This document shows, piece by piece, positions 50,900 through 63,978 of a stretch of DNA of 64,000 nt; within the stretch, counting starts at the first letter, position 1, and the number at the start of each line of letters is the position of its first letter. The stretch is from the NCBI GenBank assembly GCA_041496385.1, contig JBGQEL010000004.1, forward strand, positions 1-64,000. Direction: 5' to 3'. Position numbers and translations under genes: made by a program. The notes below the pieces were generated by a model, which saw only the letters and a list, made by a program, of their open reading frames with translations, was not told the DNA's origin and made no database searches. Origin of the DNA: Candidatus Methylomirabilia bacterium. GTDB taxonomy: Bacteria > Methylomirabilota > Methylomirabilia > Rokubacteriales > CSP1-6.

Positions 50900-52471
50900 T
50901 CAGGCTCCGGCGCCGCGCTCGCGTCCCGGAAGCACCCGGAGAAGCGCGGTCCGTTCGGACATCCCGAGCACGCGGCTCGCGACCCAGAAGATCCCGGCGC
51001 CGCCTGCGATCGCGACCGCCAGCCAGACCGCGTCGTGGAGGAGATCCGCCCGTGCGGGCCAGGTCGCCCGCGCGAGCCCGCACCAGAGGGCCAGCGGCAC
51101 GGTGGCGCCGGTGGTTCTGAGTCCGCTCCGCACGAGCGTGCGGCCGCCGAGCGGTCCCAGGCGCCGCCGCGCCACCCAGAGGAGCGCGACCAGGTTCACG
51201 TAGGCGCCGAGCGAGGAGGCTCCCGCCAGCCCCGCGTGCTCCAGCGGGCCCATCAGGAGCAGGGCGGCCAGCACGTTCGCCACGACCGAGACGATGCCCC
51301 ACCGCACCGCCGTGCCCGCCTCGCCGAGCGCGTAGAACGCCTGCGCGGCGATGCGTGATCCGGCGAACCCGGCGAGGCCGAGCGCGTACCAGGCGAGCGC
51401 GTCGGCCGTCGCGACGGTCTCGGCGGGCCCGAAGCGCCCGCGCTCGAAGAGGATCCGCACGATGGGCGTGCGCAGCAGGACGAGCCCGACCGTCGCCGGC
51501 ACCGAGACGAAGAGCGCGAGCCGGAGCGCGAAGTTCAGCGTCGCGGCCAGATCCCGCGTCTCGCCCGCCGCCGCCTGGCGCGCCATGACGGGCAGCGAGG
51601 CGGACGCCAGCGCGATCCCGAAGACGCCGAGCGGGAACTCCATCACCCGGTCGGCGTAGTAGAGATACGAGATCGAGCCGGGGCGCAGGAGCGAGGCCAG
51701 GAGCGTGTTGACGAACACCGTGACCTGCACGGCGGCGAGACCGAACACCGCGGGGACCAGCAGGCGCGTGAGGCGGCCGAGCGCGGGGTGTCCGAGCTCC
51801 GTCGAGGGCCCGACCAGGAGCCCGGCCGCGCTGAGGCTCGGGACCTGGACGAGGAGCTGGCCCAGCCCACCGGCGAGGACACCGATGGCCAGCGACAGGA
51901 TCGGTGGCTCGAGGCGCCCGCCCAGAAGGAGCACCGCGGCGATCATGCCGACGTTCAGGACCGCGGGGCCGATCGCGCCGGCGAAGAAGCTCCCACGCGC
52001 GTTCAGCGCGCCGGTGGCGAGTGCCGCCAGGCCCACGAGGATCAGGTACGGGAACATCACGCGCGTCAGGTACGCGCCCAGCGCGGCCTGCGCCGGATCC
52101 TGGGCGAAGCCCGGCGCGATCAGCCGCAGGAGCCACGGCGCCGCGAGCATTCCCAGCAGCGTCGTCGCGGTGAGGGTCACGAGCGCGAGCGCCAGCACGG
52201 CCCGCAGCATCCTGAGCAGCTCGGCCCGCGAGTGCCTCACCGTGTACTCGCTGAAGACCGGGACCATCGCCGTCGAGAGCGCCCCTTCGGCCAGCAGTCG
52301 CCGCAGGATGTTGGGGATCCGGAACGCCACGAAGAACGCGTCGGTCACCGGGCCGGCGCCGAAGGTCAGGGCCACGAGCATGTCGCGCCCGAACCCCGCG
52401 ATCCGCGACACCAGCGTCGCGCAGCCGATGGAGCCGAGCGCCCGGACGACCTGCCGCTCCGTCGAGCTCAC
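50900..52471 (-). CDS. murJ: Lipid II flippase MurJ
   Basis: SRIAGFGRD, AFRIPN..RRLLAEGA and YADRVMEFPLG motifs; alternative start 52498. Confidence 0.95.
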   Translation of the reverse strand: MSSTERQVVRALGSIGCATLVSRIAGFGRDMLVALTFGAGPVTDAFFVAFRIPNILRRLLAEGALSTAMVPVFSEYTVRHSRAELLRMLRAVLALALVTLTATTLLGMLAAPWLLRLIAPGFAQDPAQAALGAYLTRVMFPYLILVGLAALATGALNARGSFFAGAIGPAVLNVGMIAAVLLLGGRLEPPILSLAIGVLAGGLGQLLVQVPSLSAAGLLVGPSTELGHPALGRLTRLLVPAVFGLAAVQVTVFVNTLLASLLRPGSISYLYYADRVMEFPLGVFGIALASASLPVMARQAAAGETRDLAATLNFALRLALFVSVPATVGLVLLRTPIVRILFERGRFGPAETVATADALAWYALGLAGFAGSRIAAQAFYALGEAGTAVRWGIVSVVANVLAALLLMGPLEHAGLAGASSLGAYVNLVALLWVARRRLGPLGGRTLVRSGLRTTGATVPLALWCGLARATWPARADLLHDAVWLAVAIAGGAGIFWVASRVLGMSERTALLRVLPGRERGAGA

Positions 52472-52590
52472 CTTGATATCCCGCGACCCTTCGGGCATGA
52501 TGCAGCGCGGACGGGATATCGCCGCGCGCGTCCCTCGCGGGTCATCCGCGCGGGCCGCGGGCGCGCGGCTCCGACGAAAGGAGTATCGAC

Positions 52591-52842
52591 GTGGCGAACA
52601 CGAGGTCGTCGATGAAGCGCATCCGTCAGAACGAGCGGCAGCGGCTCCGCAACCGGGCCGTCCGCTCGAAGGTGCGCAACGCCATCAAGATGGCCCGCGC
52701 GGGCGAGGGCGGGGTCCAGGTCGCCGCCATCCGCGAGGCGATCCGCGCCCTGGACAAGGCCGTCACCAAGGGTGTCATCCACCACAACACCGCGGCCCGC
52801 AAGAAGTCCGCGCTCGCGCGCCGCCTCGCGCCCGCCTCCTAG
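52591..52842 (+). CDS. rpsT: 30S ribosomal protein S20
   Basis: MANTRSSMKR...DKAVTKGVIHHNTAARKKS; AAGGAG SD. Confidence 0.96.
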   Translation: MANTRSSMKRIRQNERQRLRNRAVRSKVRNAIKMARAGEGGVQVAAIREAIRALDKAVTKGVIHHNTAARKKSALARRLAPAS

Positions 52843-52862
52843 CTCCGCGACCCGGCACCGCG

Positions 52863-54218
52863 TCATCTGTCGTCCGGCGGGGTATCACACGCCGACGGCG
52901 CGGGCGCGTCCGTCCGGTCCCCGTCGCGCAGCCGGTGGAGGAGGCGCCGTGCCTCGGCGGCGAGGCACGCCCCCGCCCGGGGGCCGTAGACCGTGGCGCA
53001 GGTGATGTACGCCGGACGGTCGTAGTCGGCGGCCGTCACGAAGTAGCCGAGATAGTCGTTGGACACGCCCGCGACAAAGGCGTGGGCGAACAGCGTCCGC
53101 GCCTCGCGCTTGATCTCCAGGCCGAGCGCGGTCTGGAGCTCCCCCGGAAACGCGACCCAGGCGACGTCGCCGAGCGCGACGCCGACGAGTTCGGCCTCCG
53201 AGGGCAGCAGCCGGCCGAGCGGCACCCCGACGAACCCAGGGATCCAGCGCCCCACACAGTTCCGCACGGCGAGCCGGGGACGGGGGAGCTTGACCCGCGC
53301 TCGCCGGACCGTCAGCTCCGGGCTCGTACCGGCGCCGGCGCCGGCCCACGCCGCCCGCGCCGCGCCCGCGAGCTCCCCGCCCAGCCGGGCGAGCGCCTCC
53401 TCACCGTGGCCCGCGGGGCTCACGTCGCCGACGGCCCCGTTCACGAACAACACCGGAACGCCGAGCGCGCGCTCCAGCTCGCGCGTCGCGACGCCCATGA
53501 CGTCCCCGGAGAGCTGGAGGTTCTTCGGGCCGAGCACGGTTCCGTGGATCGCGAAGTTCCAGACGAGCGCGACGGGCGCGCCGGACGTGGACGTCACCCG
53601 AAGCGCGACGATGTCAGGGTCGAGCGCCTGGTCGAGCCGGCTCGCCGTGACCGCGGGCGCGCGGGCGCTCGCCGCGGCGACGCGCGCCTCCACCTTGGCC
53701 GCGTCGGCGGCCCGGATGGCCGCCACGACGGTCTCGACGAGCGCGGCGCGGACCCCGTCGTCCAGGCGATCCACCGCGACCCAGCCCGCCAGGCGCGACT
53801 CCATGAAGGCGCCTGGCCCCGAGTGCGTGTGGGAGGCCGAGACGATCACCGTCGCCGGCGCGACACCGGCCGCCGCGAGTCGCTGCTCGATGGCGTGCGT
53901 GAACGCGCGGTCCACGGCGAGCAGGTCCACCGTCACCCACGCCAGCCGCGCCGTGCGCGTCTCGACGACGAGCGCGCGCGCTGCGACGGGATCGAGCTGG
54001 CCCGTGTGCGGCCTGAACCAGAACGCGTGCGGCTGGCGGCCGAAGAGATCGGGGAACAGGAGCCGGCGATGGACGCTCCCGTAGCCGGCCAGCGGGGTCC
54101 CGTCGGGCACCCGGAAGGCGCTCGTCGCCGCGCCCGCGCGCAGCCCGTCGGCCGTGGCGCCCGCGGGAGCCAGGGCGAGCGCGGCGAGCATCGCGGCGGC
54201 GAGTCGGGGACGCCTCAC
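52863..54218 (-). CDS. Secreted neutral/alkaline ceramidase-like Zn amidohydrolase
   Basis: Signal peptide; PLAGYG, SHTHSGP, NFAIHGT, NGAVGDVSP, PGE and NDYLGY motifs; GTGA-coupled to holA. Confidence 0.75.
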   Translation of the reverse strand: MRRPRLAAAMLAALALAPAGATADGLRAGAATSAFRVPDGTPLAGYGSVHRRLLFPDLFGRQPHAFWFRPHTGQLDPVAARALVVETRTARLAWVTVDLLAVDRAFTHAIEQRLAAAGVAPATVIVSASHTHSGPGAFMESRLAGWVAVDRLDDGVRAALVETVVAAIRAADAAKVEARVAAASARAPAVTASRLDQALDPDIVALRVTSTSGAPVALVWNFAIHGTVLGPKNLQLSGDVMGVATRELERALGVPVLFVNGAVGDVSPAGHGEEALARLGGELAGAARAAWAGAGAGTSPELTVRRARVKLPRPRLAVRNCVGRWIPGFVGVPLGRLLPSEAELVGVALGDVAWVAFPGELQTALGLEIKREARTLFAHAFVAGVSNDYLGYFVTAADYDRPAYITCATVYGPRAGACLAAEARRLLHRLRDGDRTDAPAPSACDTPPDDR

Positions 54219-55216
54219 CTCGCGCACAGCGCGGCGACCAGCGCCGTGAGCTCCGCCCGCGGCTCCCCGCTCGACTTCAGCCGGCGCTCGACCTCCCAGC
54301 AACGCTCGAGGTCGGCGGCGAGGCGGTCCGCGCCGCCGCCCTTCGCCAGAGCCTCGACGACGGAGGGCGGCACGCGCAGGGCGCGCGCGATCTGCTCGGG
54401 CGCCTCACCGCGCTCGCGCCCGACGCGGACGGTCCAGGCCAGGCGTACGTCGCGCGTGAGCAGCGACAGCACGCGCATCGGCTCCTCGGTGGCGAGGAGC
54501 CGGTCGAGCGTGCGGAGCGCGAGTCCGACGTCGCGCCGCTCCACGGCGCCGACGAGCTCGAAGACGCCGGCCACGCGATGCTCGCCGACGACCGCGCCGA
54601 CCTCCTTCACGCCGACCGTACGGTTGTCGGATCCTCCGGCGAGCGCCGCCTTGCGCGCCTCGCCGAGGAGCGCCCCGGTGTCGTCGCCGACCCAGTCCAC
54701 CAGCATCCGTGCGGCCTCGTCGCTCAGTGCGAGCCCTTCGAGCGCCGCGCGCTGCCGCAGCCACGTCGCGAGCTCGCGCCCCTGCCGGGACGGGAGATCC
54801 ACCACGGCGGAGGCCGGCACGGCGCCCAGCAGCCAGTGGTCGGTGCGGCGCTCGCGCGAGGCCCGCAGCCCCTCGTCCGCGAGGAGCAGGAGGCGCGTGG
54901 TCGGGTTCGGGTCTCGCGCGTAGGCGGCCAGCGTGTCGGCCTGCTTCGCCGCCATCGCCTGGGCGCGCCGCACCACGACGAGGCGCATGCCGGTCATCAG
55001 CGGCAGCGTCGCCGCGGTGTTGACCACGGTCTCGGCGCTCACCTCGCCGCCGTCGAAGACCTCGCGGCCGAGCGCGGCGTGGGCCGGCTCGGGAAACGAG
55101 CGCCGCGTCACGAGCTCGAGCGCGTCGTCGAGCAGCTGGGCGTCGGCGCCGTGAAGCAGGAGGACCGGCGGCAGGTCGCCGTGTTCGGCGAGGCGCAGGA
55201 ATCCCCCATAGTCCAC
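54215..55216 (-). CDS. holA: DNA polymerase III delta subunit
   Basis: LLLHG, TLPLM..RLVVV and VFELV.AV motifs; leuS-lptE-holA synteny. Confidence 0.85.
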   Translation of the reverse strand: MDYGGFLRLAEHGDLPPVLLLHGADAQLLDDALELVTRRSFPEPAHAALGREVFDGGEVSAETVVNTAATLPLMTGMRLVVVRRAQAMAAKQADTLAAYARDPNPTTRLLLLADEGLRASRERRTDHWLLGAVPASAVVDLPSRQGRELATWLRQRAALEGLALSDEAARMLVDWVGDDTGALLGEARKAALAGGSDNRTVGVKEVGAVVGEHRVAGVFELVGAVERRDVGLALRTLDRLLATEEPMRVLSLLTRDVRLAWTVRVGRERGEAPEQIARALRVPPSVVEALAKGGGADRLAADLERCWEVERRLKSSGEPRAELTALVAALCAR

Positions 55217-55225
55217 CTCTCGGGC

Positions 55226-55725
55226 TCAGAAGCGGTCGACCGCGAGACTCACGATCGACCGGGCGATGTCCACGGCGGCCGCGCGCAGCGCCGACTCCTC
55301 ACGCGAGATGGTCTGGGAGACCGCGCCGATCACGCGGAAATCCGCCCGCTCCTGGAATCGCGGCTGCTCGAACAGCAACGTGTTCTTTCGCACGTCGCGG
55401 AACCGGAGGTTCATGGTGACCACGAGCCGGTACTGGCGGATCGACGCGCGCGGATCGAACGCGAGGGCCTGGATCTCGTAGCCCACCACCTCGCCCTCGA
55501 GCAGGGCGTCGGCCTCCTCCGGCTTCACCACCCGGAGCCGGCCATTCGTCGCGAACGCCTCGACGACCGCCTGGGTCAGGAGGTTCTCGACCGCGGGCTC
55601 GGGCGTGCGGTTGACGAAGACGGGCACGGCGACCGTCCGGACGTGATCGGGAAGGTTGCCGCGAAGCGAGTACCCGCAGCCGGCCAGCGCCGCCGCCGCG
55701 ACCAGGAGCGCCAGCGCGCGGCCCT

Positions 55726-55729
<4 letters not shown>
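55226..55729 (-). CDS. lptE: LPS assembly lipoprotein LptE
   Basis: Lipobox LAGC-GY; VPVFVNRT; position after leuS. Confidence 0.85.
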
Positions 55730-58212
<2,483 letters not shown>

Positions 58213-58265
58213 ATTTCCATCAGAGTTTTACATACTTAGCTGAGGGGAGCAAGAAACGGCCTCGG

Positions 58266-58355
58266 GATGCTCCCTGCCGGGAGGGGCATCGCCCGCGGGG
58301 ACCGGGTCCGGCGGCGAGTGTCCTGCCGAAGCCGTCGGGCCCAATCCCCGCGGGC
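58266..58355. other. Two adjacent GC-rich hairpins (58266-58290 and 58291-58355) downstream of the small secreted protein gene
   Basis: GCCCGCGGGGA/TCCCCGCGGGC perfect 11-bp inverted repeat enclosing a further 12-bp stem; GATGC...GCATC hairpin. Confidence 0.5.
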
Positions 58356-58359
58356 GCGT

Positions 58360-58614
58360 CTACTTCTTCACGCCGAGCATCCCGAGGGCCTCGTTGGCCT
58401 CCTTGACGGAGTCCGCGTGCTTGCCTTCCTTGTGAAGCGCCTCCGCACGGTCGAGCTGCGCGACCGCCTTCTTCACCTTCTCGTCCTTCGCGTCCATCTT
58501 CGCCGCCGCGTCCCGGCCCTGCTTGATGAGCGTCGGGCACTGGAACGCCTGCGCGGCGCCGGCGGCGAGCGCCAGCGTCACGATCACCGCGATCGTCGCC
58601 ATGATCTTCTTCAT
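58360..58614 (-). CDS. Small secreted protein (FQCP...LHKEGKHADS family), paralog of 5617..5859
   Basis: AAGGAGGTGA SD; signal peptide ending AQA. Confidence 0.85.
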   Translation of the reverse strand: MKKIMATIAVIVTLALAAGAAQAFQCPTLIKQGRDAAAKMDAKDEKVKKAVAQLDRAEALHKEGKHADSVKEANEALGMLGVKK

Positions 58615-58655
58615 GCGTGACTCACCTCCTTCATGTGTGAGGTTGCCTCTGATTG

Positions 58656-60485
58656 TTAACTGCCGTCGCGTCGGACGGGTTCCGGAGATCCGCTCTCGTG
58701 GAAGTGATCGTAGATCTTCTGCGCCAGCTTCGGCGTCACCTTGGGAACCGCCGCGAGCTCGGCGACCGACGATCCCCGGACGCGGCGGGCCGAGCCGAGC
58801 GCCTTGAGCAGGCTCGTCCGGATCGTGGGACCGATGCCCGGGATCGTGTCGAGCACGGACTGCAGCGTGCGCTTCGAGCGGAGCTTCTTGTGGTAGGTGA
58901 CCGCGAAGCGATGCGCCTCGTCGCGGATCTTCTGGAGCGTGTGGAGGCCCGGCGACGTCGGGTCGAGCAGCAGCGGGTGGAGACTGTCGCCGGCGTAGAC
59001 CTCTTCCTGCCGCTTGGCGAGCGCGATCACCGGAAGGTAGTCGAGACCGAGGTCCTGGAGCACCTTGAGCCCGACGTTGAGCTGGCCCCGGCCGCCATCG
59101 ATGAGCACGAGATCCGGCAGCGGCGCCCCTTGCTCCAGCGCCTTCGCGAACCGCCGCGTCAGGACCTCGGCGAGCGAGGCGAAGTCGTCGGCACCGGGCA
59201 CGCCCCGGATGCGGAAGCGCTTGTAGTCGTCCTTCTTCATGCCCCCGTTCTCCCAGACGACCATCGACCCGACCTGCTCGGTCCCCTGGATGCTCGAGAT
59301 GTCGTATCCCTCGATGCGGTTCGGCAGGCCCGCGAGGTTGAGCACGCGCCGCAGCTCCTCCAGCACCACCTGCTGGCGGTCGTCGCGCGACAGGAGGTGA
59401 TTCTGGAGCGCGAGCGCGGCGTTCTCCTCGGCCATGGCGACGAACTCGCGGCGGCCGCCGCGTTGCGGCGCCACGATCTGCACGCGCCGGCCCGCGAGCC
59501 CGCCGAGCCACTCGCCGATCAGCGCCGCCTCGGGGAGCTCCTCGGAGATCAGAAGCTCGGGGGCCGGCGTGACCGCCTTCCCGTAGAACTGCCGCACGAA
59601 CGCCGAGAGGATCTCGCCGTCGCTCCAGCCGGACACCTTGTCGAAGAAGAACGGCTCCTGCCCGACGAGTCGCCCCTTGCGGACGAAGAAGAGCTCGACG
59701 CAGGCCTCGGCCCCTTGCCGGACGACGCCGATCACGTCCTGGTCGACCTCGTCGGTCGAGATGATCTTCTGGCGCTCGCGCACCTTGTTGAGCGACTGGA
59801 CCTGGTTGCGGAGCACCGCGGCGCGCTCGAACTTCATCTCGTCCGCCGCGGCTTCCATCTCCTTCGTGAGCCGGAGCGCGAGGTCCTCGTCCTTGCCCTC
59901 GAGGAAGCGCATCACCTCGCGTACGGTCTTCGCGTATCCCTCGCGGGTCTCCCAGCCGGTGCACGGCGCGTTGCAGCGGTGGATCGCGTACTGGATGCAC
60001 GGGCGCTCCAGCCGCCCGTCGATCGTGATCGAGCAGGTCCGCAGCGGGAAGAGCTGGCGGGTGAGGCGCAGCGTCTCCCGCATCGCCGTCGCCGGGTAGA
60101 AGGGGCCGTAGTACACCGCGCCGTCGTCCTGGACGCGTCGCGCCACCAGGAGCCGCGGAAACTCCTCGTTCGTCGTGAGCTTGAGAAACGGATAGTGCTT
60201 GTCGTCCCTCAGGATGATGTTGTAACGGGGCCGGTGCTTCCGCACCAGGTTCGCCTCGAGCATCAGCGCCTCGAGCTCGTTGTCGGTCACGATGTACTCG
60301 AGGTCGCGGATCTGGCGGACGAGGGCGTCGGTCTTCGCGTCGCGCGGGCGCGACTCCTGGAAGTAGGAACGCACGCGGCTGCGGAGCGAGGCGGCCTTTC
60401 CGACGTAGAGCACCTGGGCCTTCGCGTCCCGGTAGATGTAGACGCCGGGACGATCGGGCAGCCGCGCGAGCTTCTCGTCCAGCAT
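58656..60485 (-). CDS. uvrC: Excinuclease ABC subunit C
   Basis: PGVY...YVGKA GIY-YIG, IEGYDIS, LIDGGRGQ, RDEAHRFA, HhH. Confidence 0.96.
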   Translation of the reverse strand: MLDEKLARLPDRPGVYIYRDAKAQVLYVGKAASLRSRVRSYFQESRPRDAKTDALVRQIRDLEYIVTDNELEALMLEANLVRKHRPRYNIILRDDKHYPFLKLTTNEEFPRLLVARRVQDDGAVYYGPFYPATAMRETLRLTRQLFPLRTCSITIDGRLERPCIQYAIHRCNAPCTGWETREGYAKTVREVMRFLEGKDEDLALRLTKEMEAAADEMKFERAAVLRNQVQSLNKVRERQKIISTDEVDQDVIGVVRQGAEACVELFFVRKGRLVGQEPFFFDKVSGWSDGEILSAFVRQFYGKAVTPAPELLISEELPEAALIGEWLGGLAGRRVQIVAPQRGGRREFVAMAEENAALALQNHLLSRDDRQQVVLEELRRVLNLAGLPNRIEGYDISSIQGTEQVGSMVVWENGGMKKDDYKRFRIRGVPGADDFASLAEVLTRRFAKALEQGAPLPDLVLIDGGRGQLNVGLKVLQDLGLDYLPVIALAKRQEEVYAGDSLHPLLLDPTSPGLHTLQKIRDEAHRFAVTYHKKLRSKRTLQSVLDTIPGIGPTIRTSLLKALGSARRVRGSSVAELAAVPKVTPKLAQKIYDHFHESGSPEPVRRDGS

Positions 60486-62467
60486 CAGCGGAGCTCGAGG
60501 CGGCGAAGCGCCTTGATCCGGTCCCGGAGGTCGGCGGCCTGCTCGAAGTCCAGGCGGCGCGCCGCCTCCTTCATCTGGGCCTCCAGCTCGACGAGCCGCT
60601 TCTGCAACGCCGCGGGCGAGTCGAACGTCTCGGGCGCGGCGGTCTCCACGTCGACGGTGTAGTAGTCGCGCTCGTAGACCGTCTGCAAGAGCTCGCGGAT
60701 GGAGGAGCGGATCGTCTCGGGCGTGATCCCGTGCTCGCGGTTGTAGGCCGCCTGGAGCTCCCGGCGGCGCTCGGTCTCACGGATGGTCGCGGCCATCGAC
60801 CCGGTCACGCGGTCGGCGTACATGATGACCTCGCCGTTCACGTTGCGCGCCGCGCGCCCGGCCGTCTGGATCAGCGAGGTCGCCGAGCGGAGGTAGCCCT
60901 CCTTGTCGGCGTCGAGGATCGCCACGAGGGAGACCTCCGGGAGATCGAGGCCCTCGCGCAGGAGGTTGATGCCGATCAGGCCGTCGAACTTCCCGAGCCG
61001 GAGGTCGCGGATGATCGCGACCCGGTCCAGTGTGTCGATGTCCGAGTGCAGGTAGCGCACCCTGAGCCCGACCTGCTGGTAGTACTCGGTCAGGTCCTCC
61101 GCCATGCGCTTGGTCAGCGTCGTCACGAGCACCCGCTCGGCGCGCTCGGCGCGCGCCCGGATCTCCGCCAGCAGGTCGTCCACCTGGTCCTTCGCGGCCC
61201 GCACGGTGATCTTCGGATCCATGAGGCCGGTGGGCCGGATCACCTGCTCGGCGACGGCGTCGCCGGCCAGCTCGAGCTCGTACGGCCCGGGCGTCGCCGA
61301 GACGTAGATCGTCTGGCCCGTGACGCGGGTGAACTCGTCGAAGGTCAGCGGCCGGTTGTCGAAGGCCGACGGAAGCCGGAAGCCGTACTCGACCAGCGCC
61401 TCCTTGCGCGACCGGTCTCCGTAGTACATGCCGCGGATCTGCGGCACCGCGACGTGGCTCTCGTCGATGATCACGAGCGCGTCCTTCGGCAGGTACTCGA
61501 TGAGCGTCGGCGGCGGCTCGCCCGGGCGCCGTCCCGTCAGGTGGCGGGAATAGTTCTCGATCCCGTGACAGTAGCCCAGCTCGCGCAGCATCTCCATGTC
61601 GAAGAGCGTCCGCTGCTCGAGCCGCTGGGCCTCCAGAAGCTTGTTCCGCGGCCGGAGGAACGCCAGCCGCTCCCCCAGCTCCTCCTGCACCGTCCCGAGC
61701 GCGCGCTCGAGCTGGCCGGCTTCGGTCACGTAGTGGCTGGCCGGGTAGACGTGGGCGTGATCGAGGCGCTCGAGGACCGACCCCTTCAACGGATCGATCC
61801 GGTGGAGGGCGTCCACCTCGTCGCCGAAGAGCTCGACGCGCAGGGCGCGCGAATCCTCGTTCGCCGGAAAGATCTCCACGACGTCGCCGCGCACGCGGAA
61901 CGTGCCGCGGTGGAAGTCGTAGTCGTTCCGCTCGTACTGGACGGCGATCAGCCGGCGGATGATCTCGTCCCGGTCGATCCGCTCCCCCGCCCGGAGCTCC
62001 AGGTGCAGGCCCTGATAGGTGTCGGGCTCGCCGATGCCGTAGATGCAGGACACCGAGGCGACGACCACCACGTCGCGCCGCTCCAGGAGCGACTTGGTCG
62101 CCGAGTGGCGCATCCGGTCGATCTCGTCGTTGACGAGCGCGTCCTTCTCGATGTAGGTGTCGGACTGCGGAATGTACGCTTCCGGCTGGTAGTAGTCGTA
62201 GTAGGACACGAAGTATTCGACCGCGTTGTCCGGGAAGAACGCCTTGAACTCGCCGAAGAGCTGCGCCGCCAGCGTCTTGTTCGGCGAAATGACGAGCGTC
62301 GGGCGGTCCACGTTCGCGATCACGTTGGCGATCGTGTACGTCTTGCCCGAGCCGGTGACGCCCCGCAGAACGACGTGACGCCGCCCCTCCGCGACGACAC
62401 GGGAGAGCGCGTCGATGGCCTGGGGCTGGTCGCCGCTCGGCGAGTAGTCGGAGGCGAGCCGGAACAC
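60485..62467 (-). CDS. uvrB: Excinuclease ABC subunit B
   Basis: [29 protein letters not shown] and NLLREGLD motifs. Confidence 0.97.
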   Translation of the reverse strand: MFRLASDYSPSGDQPQAIDALSRVVAEGRRHVVLRGVTGSGKTYTIANVIANVDRPTLVISPNKTLAAQLFGEFKAFFPDNAVEYFVSYYDYYQPEAYIPQSDTYIEKDALVNDEIDRMRHSATKSLLERRDVVVVASVSCIYGIGEPDTYQGLHLELRAGERIDRDEIIRRLIAVQYERNDYDFHRGTFRVRGDVVEIFPANEDSRALRVELFGDEVDALHRIDPLKGSVLERLDHAHVYPASHYVTEAGQLERALGTVQEELGERLAFLRPRNKLLEAQRLEQRTLFDMEMLRELGYCHGIENYSRHLTGRRPGEPPPTLIEYLPKDALVIIDESHVAVPQIRGMYYGDRSRKEALVEYGFRLPSAFDNRPLTFDEFTRVTGQTIYVSATPGPYELELAGDAVAEQVIRPTGLMDPKITVRAAKDQVDDLLAEIRARAERAERVLVTTLTKRMAEDLTEYYQQVGLRVRYLHSDIDTLDRVAIIRDLRLGKFDGLIGINLLREGLDLPEVSLVAILDADKEGYLRSATSLIQTAGRAARNVNGEVIMYADRVTGSMAATIRETERRRELQAAYNREHGITPETIRSSIRELLQTVYERDYYTVDVETAAPETFDSPAALQKRLVELEAQMKEAARRLDFEQAADLRDRIKALRRLELR

Positions 62468-62481
62468 GGCCCTCGGCGGCG

Positions 62482-63012
62482 TCAGGAGAGCGTGGGGACG
62501 GCGATCAGGTACTTCCGCCACGAATCGAGGAGTGAGCTGGCGTGCGGGTGCCGGAGCATGTGCGTCGAGAAGACGAACTTCGGGTGCACGGGCTCGCGGA
62601 TCAGCCGCATCGCCGCCTCGTCGGGCAGGCGGTTCCCCTTCTTGAGGTTGCAGCGCAGACACGCAGCCACGACGTTGATCCACGTGGTCTCACCACCGCG
62701 CGAGCGCGGCACGATATGGTCCACCGTCAGGCGCTCGCCGCGACGGTTGCAGTACTGGCACGCGTAGCCGTCGCGCCGCAGGATGTTCTTCTTGTTGAAC
62801 GCGACGCGGTCGAGGAAGGGCTTCCGGATGTACATGGCAAGGCGGATCACGGCGGGCAGCGGGAACGCCACGGATGGTGACCTCACCACCCGTGGCGAGG
62901 CTTCGACCGATTCGGCTTTGCCGCTCATCAGGAGCGTGATCGCGCGGCGGGCGTTCGTGAAGTGCAACGGCTCGAAGGTGAAGTTGAGGACCAGGACGGC
63001 CACCTCGTCCAT
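62482..63012 (-). CDS. HNH endonuclease (McrA-like)
   Basis: [29 protein letters not shown] and ACLRCN..KGN motifs. Confidence 0.9.
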   Translation of the reverse strand: MDEVAVLVLNFTFEPLHFTNARRAITLLMSGKAESVEASPRVVRSPSVAFPLPAVIRLAMYIRKPFLDRVAFNKKNILRRDGYACQYCNRRGERLTVDHIVPRSRGGETTWINVVAACLRCNLKKGNRLPDEAAMRLIREPVHPKFVFSTHMLRHPHASSLLDSWRKYLIAVPTLS

Positions 63013-63023
63013 ATTGACGTTTA

Positions 63024-63052
63024 AGCATAGACGCCGCCCTCGGGAGAGTCAA
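63024..63052 (-). promoter_or_regulatory. sigma70 promoter for HNH-uvrB-uvrC
   Basis: TTGACT-N17-TATGCT. Confidence 0.65.
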
Positions 63053-63978
63053 ATCCCGGCGTCCGCGGCCGCGGCCAGGATCCCTTCCCGAAGCCCGTAG
63101 TCGCTCACGACCACCTCGTCGGCGCCGACCTCGTCGAGCGTCGCCAGCACGATCGCGACGCCCGGAACGATGAGGTCGGCACGGCCGGGCTCGAGGCACG
63201 GCAGGGCCGCGCGTCCCGCCAGGTCGAGCGCGCCGAGCCGGCCGAGCTGGCGCTCGATCGCCGCGCGTCCGAGCCGGTGGCCCTGGACGCGCCGCGCGTC
63301 GTACCGCGCCAGACGGAGATCGAGCGCGGCGAGCGTCGTCACGGTGCCCGCGGTGCCGACGAGGCAGGCCGGCCGGGAGCCGCGGATGGCGGCGGGCAGC
63401 TCGCGGCGGAGCCGGCTCCGCACCTCGTCGAGGAGCGCGGCCCACCCCTCGGGATCCACACGCTCCGCGAACGGGAAGCGTTCCGCGAGCGGCACGACCC
63501 CCAGCCGCAGACTGACCGCGGAGCGGATCTGCCGGCCCTCGGCCAGGACGTACTCGGTGCTGCCGCCGCCGATGTCGAACACGCCGAGGGTGCCGGCGAG
63601 CGGCCCGAGGCCCGCCTCCACGCCGCGCAGCATGAGCCGCGCCTCGTCCTCGCCGCCGACCACCTGGACCGCGTGTCCCGTGGCCCGCTCGATCGCCGCC
63701 GCGAACGCCCCGCCGTTGCCGGCCTCGCGCACGGCGCTCGTCGCGACGATCCTCACGTGTCGCGCGCCGAGCTCCGTCCCGCGGCGCGCGTACCCGGTGA
63801 CCGCCGCGAGCGTGCGCCGCATCGGTGTCTCGCCGAGCATGCCCGCCGTCGTGAGTCCCTCGCCGAGACGCGTCACGGTCTGGTCCTGCTCCACCACGCG
63901 CCAGGCGCCGGGCGCCTCGACGTCCGCCACGAGCAGGCGAACCGTGTTCGTCCCCACATCAATGGTGGCGACGCGCAT
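63049..63978 (-). CDS. ppx: Ppx/GppA exopolyphosphatase family
   Basis: IDVGTNT, ATSAVREA, EA, DIGGGSTE, GTAGT and GLREG motifs. Confidence 0.92.
   Translation of the reverse strand: MRVATIDVGTNTVRLLVADVEAPGAWRVVEQDQTVTRLGEGLTTAGMLGETPMRRTLAAVTGYARRGTELGARHVRIVATSAVREAGNGGAFAAAIERATGHAVQVVGGEDEARLMLRGVEAGLGPLAGTLGVFDIGGGSTEYVLAEGRQIRSAVSLRLGVVPLAERFPFAERVDPEGWAALLDEVRSRLRRELPAAIRGSRPACLVGTAGTVTTLAALDLRLARYDARRVQGHRLGRAAIERQLGRLGALDLAGRAALPCLEPGRADLIVPGVAIVLATLDEVGADEVVVSDYGLREGILAAAADAGI

Noticed and set aside
58213..58359. T-box or SRP RNA upstream of leuS
   Set aside because: No T-box or SRP consensus; the putative leuS promoter lies downstream of the hairpins.
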